Source: Balanoglossus misakiensis (lineage: Eukaryota > Animalia > Hemichordata). Taken from it: DNA of 64,000 nt. Position 1 is the first letter of the stretch, and each line of letters begins with the position of its first letter. Positions 27,001 to 37,733 of the stretch are shown piece by piece. The stretch is from NCBI GenBank assembly GCA_040954595.2, contig CM082576.2:6451129-6515128 (forward strand). The letters run 5' to 3'. Both the position numbers and the translations under genes were made by a program. The notes under the pieces are model-generated. The model did not search any database and was not told the DNA's origin. It saw only the letters and a program-made list of their open reading frames with translations.

Positions 27001-30000
27001 ACCTCTTTCCTTGTCTTTTGGATAACCGTTGAAAATTTATAACATGTTTCCCTCTCATCCGTTGGGGTACTTTCCTGTAATGCCTTTACATTTTTTGTAA
27101 TAATTAATGAAGTGTATTATAATTTTAAGTGTTCTTCCCGGGTTTCACTAAATCGGGGTTTTGCGTTGATTCTGTAGAGACTGCCTTGATTTGGTTAATT
27201 TTCATTCTTTATCTCGCAATCGGGATTCCGGTAAATGGCGTTATTCTCGCGGAACATCCATCAACGTTGTCAGTTAGTTGGCATGCCCCTTCTAATTGTT
27301 GCCCTTGCCGGAATCCATCGGAGATAAGCAAGTTTTGTTTTTGTTTTTAAAGACTGCCACTGCCATGAGCACTTCTGAAGGTTGGCATTTCTCGCGTAAT
27401 TCGGTAGCAAATGAGACCCAGCAAGCTAATGCTAACCTCTTTAATCGGAAACAACGGACATATGAATTAATTCAAATTAATCAGGTTTTAGAACCCACAG
27501 CGTAACACAGCAACCTTGACATGTACACTGCAGACGTGTGTACAGCACTGTGATTACACAGGCCAGAAGCACTTTGAATATTGGAATCAAACTTCTGCGG
27601 GAATAACACGAGCGTGGCAAGTAATGTTGTCAGGAATTGCGTCATCCCGAGTTAGGTATTGACTGCTGACATCATCATCGTCGTCGTCCTCGTGTTTTTG
27701 TACCAACCAACTGGGTGTTCGCCACTGCAGAGTACAATTTAAGTTGATGTCTTCATTATAACGTTAAATGAAGTGGAAGTTTATCACCTGCGGTCGAGTC
27801 TACTATACGCAGACCAATTCAGAACTCCTTTCCAATATACTGAGTCATTTGACACAGCGAATCAAAGTGGACACAGCACCCATGGGTATTGTGACAAACA
27901 GCTTGAGAGAAGGAACAGGCTGTCTGAAACTACAAATGCATGACGGTTAAAGTGCTCAAGGATTCCAAATAGTAATTTCTGTCGTCTTTTATGGCAAGAG
28001 ACGTGATACGAAGGTCATAGTACGTGATTTTAGGCGGCGGGTTTAAGCTAGGTCGGCCTGTAGGAGCAACGCGTGCTGATTAGATACAAAGAATAACACG
28101 TGTTGGCTCTTGAAACAAATATGTACAGTACCTCGGGTCGTGTACCCATTCCGAAGGACAATATTCTCTCGACTCTTCACTCAAACACTGACACCCCCAA
28201 CCGTGCGACAACGTGATGAGTAGCTCTGTAACTCACATCCCTGCTCGCCACAGAGCTACACCTACCGCCGTTTCTTCCGAAGAACTTCTACCACTGATCA
28301 TTTTGCGATGATTGATGTTTTTTTATCGCGCCAACACAGTAATAATTACCCGTTCTGGTGATAGGTGGTTGGCGCCTCGAAAAGTTTGGGGCGTTGGTGG
28401 CGCTTTGAGCATTTATTGGACCAAACAAACAAAATCTGTGTGACTATTCGGTTGAATCTGCCCAGCGAAGTTCCCCCCATCAGTATTATATAGCCATCGC
28501 TTTTCTAAGAGACAGAAACCTGTCAGGAATCAATTTATATCAACCTTCTCTGTGCGCCTGTTCTGATGTGTCCTTCTTGTCTCATTTCCCGGAAATCAAG
28601 AGACAAAATGGAAGTCGATAGTGTGGCACCTGCCACAAAGTGTTGATATTCATTTCTGCGTCGGAGTCGTCTCCGAGTCCCAAGGCCTTTCTCGTTATTG
28701 AATTTCATCGACAATTTGCCAGCCTTTTTTGTTTCCAATTTAACAAGTGAAAATCGATTAGCTCCGGGAGAAAGCTGATAGTTGTGTGCCAGCCCATGAA
28801 GACGCAAAGTCTCTCGATTTCAATTCAATTTTTCTCACCATCAAAAACAATGCTCGAAGCTTTGGGTTTATATAAAGGGGTATTTTAAACGATACGGGGT
28901 ATCGTTTTGGCAAGGGTGGCCTACATAGGCGGAAAGGCCACTTTTCGAAAATCACATGTAAAAGTATACAATCACATGACTGTGCGTATTTAAAGCACAT
29001 GTACCACGGAAAGTTGAGATCTAACTAAATGGATTTTCAGTGGGTGGCCACGCGAAAAAAGAGGCACCAGCACATGGTCATTTGAAGACTTGACGCCCTT
29101 TGACCATACAGAGCATATGTAAATTAGAGTTGATTGTATTCATTCAGAGAAAGACAGGTATGAGATGAATTTCATCAATACTGGTGACGGATGCAAATAG
29201 GCAACGTTGAAAGGGGGGGATAAAACGAGTAGACATGAAAGGCGATCCATAAATCGTTGAGTCATTAAATTTATAATTGATTATTATAGTAAAACAACAA
29301 CCAGTAAATCAACCATCCTCGCCCTGGCTATATATTACGCTGAAGTATGTGTTTTGGGGGCACTGCGATATTACATTCCACCGGGAAACGATGATGTCGA
29401 TAGCCGGCGACTTCAATTTATCGCCTTTCGGCGGGAAATCATATAGATCACCGAGTCGTTATCTGTTATCTGATATAAAGTGATGCTAAAGCCCTTTTAG
29501 GTCAACAAAATATAAAACCTAAGGTGTCACGCTGTAACTGTAACCGTTTCATCCACAAATGATGCCTTTCCACTAAATATCCCAAGAAGGCACTCCTCGT
29601 ATATTGGCCAATTTGATCTGATTTGCGCATGGTCGCGTTTCAGAATGTCCAAATGCCCATTTAGTAATCTCGGGGTACATTTTTTTTACATAAAATATCG
29701 TGAGGTAATTACATATACTTTGTTTCATTATTACGTGCGGATAAGTGGTCATCACACCATGGAAACGAATTCCACACATCGCACACTTGTGCGTGTTTTG
29801 TGTGTGCGCGCGCAAAGTATCGGTTTTCCGAGATCGAGGGAGGTGCGGCGAATGTGATATTTCACCGCACCCTAATCATTTATGATGAGCGAGATATCTT
29901 CAGGATGATCTTGGTGTGATTCAAATTCCGTTGGGTAACCTCTGTGTTATCAATACATTGATGTACATTACTAACCCGCCCCTTTGCTGCGTTAATACAG

Positions 30001-30289
30001 CGCGCTGGTCACACACTGATCTTCACGTAGGCACCGCTCTGTTGTCTCCCGGGTCATCTTATGACGACAGGGAATTGGAGAGATTTATGACATGCCAAGA
30101 CTCCCACCTCATGCATTACTGATCTCCCCTTTCAGGCTTTTATGGTTTAAAAGAAGCGGAGAACAGATAATATTAGAATGCAACACAACGTGCTGATGAC
30201 ACCTTTAAAATTAAACATTCACAACTCAGTCGTGACATTTCTTACCGATGTTCTATGTCCATTAATACTGTGCTTTTAATGATTCCATC

Positions 30290-30530
<241 letters not shown>

Positions 30531-31066
30531 ATGCCACACATCACATAATGAGCAATGCCATATTTTCACTGTGAATAATCGCATGTCTTCATTGTGACAG
30601 TCAATTTTGAATTGATGGATGTCACGCAGTCAGTCCTGACTACTTAACGACATCTCATTTCCGTTGGAAAAGTGACTTTCGACGCTGGATACCCGGCCAG
30701 AGAAGCTGAATATCTCATGAAATATTCACGAATCAATTAAGTGCCAGAGACAACCATCAGATCCCGGGAACGTTGCTATGGTAACAGTGTCGATGCACTG
30801 CCGCCGGCAATGGCAGGGAAGAAACCCTGTGCTTAATTAAAATGTCGCCTGCTGTTTGTCTTTTTTTTTCCTTTGGATGTAGTAGAATTCTGTATTCTTC
30901 GCTGAAAGTCTGTGATCAAGTACCGATTTTTCAGGAAAAAAAAATCACATTTACAGCCTGTTTAGTCGGATGGCTGGAGGAAAGATCAGCATGTTTTCGT
31001 CGCAGGTTTTATGTGGTAGTGAAAACCGGGTAAATTTCACGAAGTTCTGTTTTATGCAAATGAGCA

Positions 31067-31751
31067 TGTTACGTAGGAGAAGTTTGCTGTTGTTTGTGAC
31101 CAGGTGTGTTTTCGCTTACTTTCGTAATTTGAATATTTGCGTGACCAGGTGTGGTGCATTCATTATTTTCCCCCGCACGTTGTGTTGCGGCGTAGCTACT
31201 AATTTGGACTTGCCCGTGTGAGCTGTTCTGTTTCTCGCCGGCTTGGAAGCTGTGCCTTATTTCCTGGTACACTGGTCTGGAAACCGCGCCCAGAAGCTGT
31301 GCTGTATTTCATGCTGTCCTGGTCTGGAAACCGCGCCCAGAAGTCGTGCTACCTCATGGGGAATTCTTCCGAAAGCCGTGCCGTCTACCGGGGAATTGTG
31401 CCAGAACGCTACTCGGACTGAACGTCGCTGTTGGGACTGCCGTGGTGCTGGTCGCGTTCGTCGTGCGCTACGGAAGCATGGACTTTAGTTTTTCATTTCC
31501 CACACCTGGTCACATTTAAGGTAGTCATTTATTTTACTGTGTTTTTTCCTCAGTGTACAGTCATTTTATATTTACCAATGTTTAGTTGTAGTAATTCAAA
31601 GTTTCCATAAGCAAGGAAATAACGTGTGGTGTGCCTATTGTTGACCGTCTTTGTTGCGTGCTGCGCTGGTTGGTTCACCAAAGCGAGCCATTCAGTAAGT
31701 CTATTTGCTCACTGCCCTGTTTCGGAACTGAACGGCCAGCGTGTCGTAACA
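31067..31751. mobile_element. Probable solo LTR (685 bp)
   Basis: Ends TGTTACG...CGTAACA; imperfect 5-bp TSD GAGCA/GAGCC; internal direct repeat CTGGTCTGGAAACCGCGCCCAGAAG x2. Confidence 0.6.
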
Positions 31752-32277
31752 GAGCCAAACTTGAGAAAATGGCGGAAAGAAACCCTGCTTTCCTGTCGGT
31801 CGGTCAAATTTGAAGAAAAATGTGTCAGCGTGTTAGATTACGCTCTCCTCTGCGCAAGACTGGACATGTACTGAATGAAACTTTATTTACAGCATGTATC
31901 CGTATCATTCAAATTTATCGTCAAATTACACGCAATGTGGGAAAACAACTTTCGTTCTCTGTTTTCACCGTCACCAAGCCTGTTGGGAGAATTTCACTCT
32001 CTCTGCAATTCCTGGTGTTGGCTCCACAGCTCGTAAGAGGTCCGTATAACCAATGTTTAAAGTTAGCTGTAAATCTCTTGGTGGCGCTGCTAGAAAAGTT
32101 CTTCCTATATCCAGATATACCAAATTATCAGTGATCATAAATTACCTGCTTGCAAAAGTCATGTCGTCGCAAAAATTTGACACAAGAAAAACACCACTTT
32201 CATGTATTCATCACGAAATGGGCTAAAAAGATAAACCAGACACGATCTGTTTTAAACTGATTAATATTATAAAGTCT

Positions 32278-32283
32278 TTTATT
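32278..32283 (-). terminator. Candidate polyadenylation signal for the clusterin-like gene
   Basis: AATAAA on the minus strand about 1 kb after the stop, at the end of an AT-rich UTR-like tract. Confidence 0.45.
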
Positions 32284-33246
32284 TTCCAATAATGGTGTTA
32301 TGATGTATAAAAAATCTTAGTACTTTTCACATTAAAAATCACATATATAATGTAAAGCTTAAAAACAATAAAATCTGTGACATACATAAACACAAACAAA
32401 GATATTGACATGATTGGAGAATTAAGTAACTTATCCGACAGTGGAAGATAAAGTGTACAGATTGAAATCATCACAAACAATATAATTACACAACAAATAT
32501 AATTTTCCTCGTGGTATATAAAATTATGCTGCTTTTCCGGCTGGTTGAATACATAGGTCTGCATGCGTTATTGAAATTTACTTTGATGCACTGCGGTCAA
32601 CTTAACCTTTTTATTTGGTGCGGTTTTTTTTTTAATCCGTGTATTATTTTCTGCGCTTTGGTAACCCGTTTGCCTTCGTCTCCGAGGAATGAGTTGAGTT
32701 ATAGGTATAGCGGCTTGTATGCGCATGTCTGCTGGTCAGTTCTTTGGCACGTGACGTCACACTACTGAGATTGTAGCATGCGAATCTGCAGGAGCACTAG
32801 TTCCGGTTACAGGAGCACACGATATATTGGCAGTGTTTCGTTGAATTTTTGGTGACGAGCTTCGAATCAGGTGGGTACGTCGCTATGGTGACAAGCCGAT
32901 GACCTCGTCTCCTCCGATAGCAATGTCATTTGACACAACGCAAACAAAAATGCTATGAAGCTTGGAGCTAATGCTTTGCCTTGCAAGGAGCCATGAACAC
33001 AAGATATTGCAGAAAAAACCATCTTGCATTGTGTCATTTCAAATTTGTCGTGTATAAAAATCACGTTTCGATCCACTCATAATAATTTACAATCGCATTC
33101 GCACTGATAGTGTTCAACGTCAATTTTTTGGCGATCGGCAATAATCGTTTCTTTATCCGCTGTTATTGCTTGAGAATGTCATTTACATTAAGATAAACAA
33201 TAGGATGCTATGAGTTCACAGTCTGTCGTTAGCTGGCGCTAATCAT

Positions 33247-33438
33247 TCACGTCAGCGAAGCATACCAGGCAAGTGCTCGGGCCGCGATCATAGTGCCAGC
33301 AATATCGTAATTCCACGGATCGACGGGTATCCTCACTACAAACGAGTGCGGCTGCTCACCAAACATCACCACCGTTGCCTCGACCGGCGCGAATTCATCC
33401 GATAGATCGTCGTCTTCCACTTCGGGATCAAAATTTAA
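33247..33438 (-). CDS. CLU: clusterin-like last coding exon
   Basis: Acceptor tcttttccag|TTA; LNFDPEVEDD...MIAARALAWYASLT*. Confidence 0.88.
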   Translation of the reverse strand, partial: LNFDPEVEDDDLSDEFAPVEATVVMFGEQPHSFVVRIPVDPWNYDIAGTMIAARALAWYASLT

Positions 33439-36400
33439 CTGGAAAAGATAAGAAAATAAACGGTGATCACTTGCGCAGGTTTCTAGTGAGGCAGTCAATT
33501 AAAACCAAAACCATCAGAAGTAAGCTTATCGGCTCTTCCTGAAATTGTGTAGTATTTGAAGAAACAGTAGCTGTATATTTTGATATTTTCAGTAGTTTTC
33601 CTACTTCCTACAAAATGTTGACAAGTCCAGTATTCAGCCTATACATCATGAAATGGGAAAAGATGGTACAGATGGCAGGCTTGCTTTAGACACGCCGTAA
33701 ATACATTTGCACTCAATTTACCATTAGCTTGACTTTGAACTATTTATATAGGAAACATTTGGGCAAATCGACTTGGCGTGGGCGAAAATTATATTTCACT
33801 CTACAATTACACGACACAAGACTTACAAGGGTGATTAGTCTTTGGTAGTGCTCCAGACCTATTATTTTGTCGTCCTCCTGTCAAAAGTGGTTGAGTGTTT
33901 TCGCATTAGGGAAAATTTATTGCTTATTTTTTTTTCCGTCTGTGCCGGAGGAATTATCGCCTAAAAAGCACTAGTTGTCCATTCTAAGCTCCTTAACAGC
34001 TGAGCGAACACACGCATGCAGTCTTACCTTAATGACTCTGTACCCACGTTTGTTTCTGGGCAACTGTTGAAATTTGGAAATCCATCTGTACCTTCTGGCC
34101 AATTTCTGCAGTCCCGTGTGATATTCAAGCTGTCCTTCCTTAAACGCCTCGAAGACGGATCTGTAGATGGCCGTGGCGTTTCTGAAGTCAAAGAGGGTGT
34201 TGGCGACGGCCTCCTTGGCGCGAACGAACCCCGGGCAATCTGGGAATAGGAAAATAACAAGAAGATAAAATTAATCGTGTTTTTTGTGTTATTTTTGCCT
34301 CGGAGCCGGGCGGGCTTACTACACAGCACACGTGACCCGGCAGTACAAAGACAAACCGATTGAATGCTGCAGTGGCGGGGTACATTCTGCGAAAAAAAAC
34401 TTCATCTGAATAATTGTATTCTATTAGAGAGAATACACTGCGGAATTGAACATCGAGTGACATGACATTAACATATGAATGCTCTCCAGATTCCCAATGA
34501 ATGCGCGTTTCAATAAACACATTTTATTGTTGGCCTGACCACAAGCATGACTATTATAGAGTGCTGTTCTGAGTTCACTACTACCATCTGTTCAAAATCG
34601 TTGCCCGTTTTTTTTTTCTTTCCATCTAAAATTCACTTTAATATTTTTTTCCTTTCCTTGAAAATTGGAACCGTTATTTACGGAACGGCCATTTGCAAAA
34701 AAAAGTGAGGAAACAATATTGACTGCGGAGCTATGCAAATGAATGAGTTTTCTCGACTGCTTATGCGCCATTGAAATGAGCAATTAATTGCATTGAGTTA
34801 TGCAGTGGCAAAATGCGTGAGAAATTGAGGGATCCTTCAGAGGAAACGACGGGTGCCATTATGCTTGGTCGAGTGCCTCGCTCTATTCCCAGGTCGTGTG
34901 GCATAAAGTCCACACGCTTCTGTCTTATACATCTCTCCCTAATCAATATTTCAGCACACGTGTCCAAAGTCCATTATAGCCGGACCGGCTCCCAGAGATA
35001 TTGGTCGGCGAGATTCTTTCCACGGTTTCAGTGGGAGCCTCGTTCCGGCACGTGCCTGGGTACGTGTTCACCTCACCAATTGCTACCCGCGCGCGCGTGT
35101 GAGCGAGCGCGCGGCGATCGTTGCCGGGGACGCGCAGTTCCGCGTAAGCCCCGTTGAGAAAGAAATTGAAATCAAAGGCAATTACCCCGTTCTGGCAACA
35201 TGTCACATTCAGAACATTTTGCGGCAAACTTCATGCATGCTCGACCACGGGTGTCATCTTCATTCAGCTCTTCACACGTGGGATTTCGGTTTTGTTCCGC
35301 GGATGAAGAACTCCAGTCCCAGCTATCGCTGTCTGTCAAGGCTCGCCGCCTCCTGCCATCATAGTATGGACCACCTGTGAACAAAGGCAACACTCGAGAA
35401 ATTAACTAAGTGGAAAAATAGACACCGGTTTATTATTTCAAATTTAACCGCGATTAATCGACTTGGCTGTATAATATGATGTAAGATAGTGATCAAAAAA
35501 AGCTCATGCTACGCCCCAAGTAAACTCTGTAATTAACTTTGGATTCAGGAAATTCCACTAAGCGTCCGTCCCAAACCACATAGGCATAGCTCAAGCTGTG
35601 TCCCTATTAATGGGATAATTCTTCAAGATTAAAAGACCAGAAGAACGAAAGATTAAAAGTATAATAAAACTTACCAAAGAGATTACTGATATCATCAAAC
35701 ACTCTGCTAAGATGTCCTTTCGTCTGGTTTGCCACAGTATCGAAGATATCACCGAATGTCTGGTCGAACCAACCGCCAACGTCAACGGTTATATCGTCAA
35801 GCGCGTCGCCGATATTTCCCAGTGTATCCCGGGTACGGTTGGCGGCTTCGTCGACGTACGGACGGACGTTGTCGTACAATTCCCGGGCGTTTTCAGCCGC
35901 GTCGTTGACGTTAGCCAATACTTCATCGGCGACCTCTTGTGTGCGATTCCGCGCCTGCTCCACTCGGTGACTGAGTTTGTCGTCGTAGAATTCGCCGATA
36001 TCGTCGGCGACGTCTTCCAATTTATCCCCAACCCTGTCCTGGGTTTCGTCCGCCCATCTCGAGAAGTCCTGCCATAAATCGTCCAACTTTTCTCCCGCTG
36101 CGTCGAGTATGCCTCCTACGGTGCGGCTGCCGTTTCTTTCGACAGCAACCTCGTCGTACCAACCCTCGATCTTGTCAGTCAGGGAGTCGCCTATGTCATC
36201 CCTTTCGTTTTTCAACCACTTTTCCAATCTATCGACGAAAAACTCGATGAAATTGTCGGTGATCTCGGTGAACCAACTGTGGAAATCGTCCGTTCCGTAA
36301 TCAGAAATATCGTCCGCCGTTTGTTGGATCTGCCCCCACAGCCACTCCAGATCGTCCAAAAGTTCCACGAAGTCGCCGTCGGGATTCTCGAACCAATCTC

Positions 36401-37414
36401 GCACATTCTCGTTGAACAGGTCGTTGACGTTATCCCCAATGAATTCCCGAATTCTGAAGTCGAAATCGGCGGTATCCAATCTGGCCAGCCCCTGCGACCT
36501 GACCGGAACCAGACGACAGTAGGAGTCGTACCGCTCCTCGCACACTTGGATGACACAGGGCAGGCACCGCTGAACATACAGCTGCTGCAGACTTTGCATG
36601 CAGGTCTGGTTGGTCTCTTGAAAAGCCGACAATTCGGTTAGTAGGTGCCCTAGAGCTATCTGGTGGGTTTGATTGGCTGAATGCATCGCTATTATCCTCA
36701 CTCTTTCATCGTCCGACATCAGTCTGTGTACATCTTCCAGTTTCTGCAGTCCCCCAGTCAGGTCGTTGCGGATGGCCTCGACTCCGACCTTCGTCAAACC
36801 TGCAATTTACAATAAACGGGCCATGCATATGTAAAACAACCGAAAGGCTCGTACACAATACCAGTCAAGAAGTAATACAAGCTCTCTGTGTAGACACCAA
36901 TCGAATGGCCTTGGTCTAGTGTAGAGTGCTGTCTGGGAATCTACAAATGTCAATATATATCACTCTGCTTACAATCCCCTACATACACCCGCAGCGCCGC
37001 CCCCACCCCCACCCCGAAAATTGTGTCGCGATAAATTTCACACAAAATGTCCCCGTTCAAAGCCCACATTACCTCGTCTTTGGTCGATCTAATTCAAACA
37101 TCCTCTTTGAACGACATATTATATGCCTGAGAACGTTAACAATTGTCATGCGACTTCAATGAATGTACGTGCTTGTCAACACCGATTATACATTAGGTAG
37201 TTCCATTCCCGCCAATTGCGAATAAAAAAACACACACGAAAAATTCGATGCCCCGGGTCGTAAAACCTCAGACATACAGCAAATCCTACAAGACCGTGTC
37301 TGAATCAAAATACTCACTTTTGAGGATGACTTTGTCACTGGTGGGCACGGGATTAACCGACTTCAGCAAGCACGTTGCGAAAAGTATCGCCCCAACTGTA
37401 ATAAACCGCTTCAT
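33247..37414 (-). CDS. CLU: Clusterin (apolipoprotein J)-like secreted glycoprotein; join(37318..37414,35675..36799,35186..35374,34028..34239,33247..33438), 604 aa
   Basis: Signal peptide MKRFITVGAILFATCLLKSVNP. First Cys cluster C-x11-C-x2-C-x4-C-x7-C (CMQSLQQLYVQRCLPCVIQVCEERYDSYC). Furin site RRRR|A. Second cluster C-x12-C-x6-C-x2-C-x7-C. C-terminal YRWISKF...YRV...VVMFGEQP...ALAWY resembles the vertebrate clusterin C-terminus. All junctions are GT-AG and in frame (1815 nt). Confidence 0.9.
34028..34239 (-). CDS. CLU: clusterin-like coding exon 4
   Basis: Acceptor ttcctattcccag|AT, donor AAG|gtaag; DCPGFVRAKEAVANTLF...YRWISKFQQLPRNKRGYRVIK (a frame not shown in the ORF track). Confidence 0.88.
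35186..35374 (-). CDS. CLU: clusterin-like coding exon 3 (furin site RRRR, second Cys cluster)
   Basis: Acceptor ttcacag|GT, donor G|gtaat, 189 nt. Confidence 0.88.
35675..36799 (-). CDS. CLU: clusterin-like coding exon 2 (coiled coil, first Cys cluster, long acidic helical insert)
   Basis: Acceptor ttgcag|GT, donor G|gtaagt, 1125 nt open. Confidence 0.92.
37318..37414 (-). CDS. CLU: clusterin-like coding exon 1 (signal peptide)
   Basis: cgcag|ATG at 37414; donor A|gtgagt; 97 nt. Confidence 0.88.
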
Positions 37415-37610
37415 CTGCGTAAAGAAAACGATGGAACAAAGACGAATGAATGAAAAGTCAGTCCTGCAGGCTAGTATCGTCTGTATCACTATGGTACTGT
37501 GTCAACGTTCCATGCACTTTACAGCGACGTGAGAGCTGTCAGGCTGCCTTCCACGGGGTATGTCACCCGCACGTTGTCTGAAGTTCCCCAGTCAGGGAAG
37601 AAATACTTAC

Positions 37611-37733
37611 CGCGCTTTACAACGCTTTACGCGAGTGTGTGTGTGTGTCTGTAGCTACGTATACATAATCACCCAACTATGACCTTATTGCTACGACCAC
37701 CATTTATTTAAGCGCTTTCAACCCGTGACGTCA
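37611..37733 (-). promoter_or_regulatory. Putative clusterin core promoter and short non-coding first exon
   Basis: Donor GCG|gtaagt at 37610; TATA-like TAAATAAA at ~37703-37710 (minus); perfect CRE TGACGTCA at 37726-37733. Confidence 0.55.

Noticed and set aside
21800-30200. Hidden gene in the long stum-clusterin intergenic region
   Set aside because: Only short ORFs without motifs or a consistent exon chain; it looks like regulatory DNA with decayed repeats
35712-36641. Several 60-120 aa plus-strand and alternate-frame ORFs over the large clusterin exon
   Set aside because: Shadow ORFs produced by codon bias of the real minus-strand exon
37073-37126. 54-nt exon-like segment (ttctcag|...GAG|gtaat) in the clusterin intron, minus strand
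   Set aside because: In the required phase it reads AGC ATA TAA (stop), and the flanking exons already join in frame with good clusterin similarity. At most it is an unsupported poison exon.
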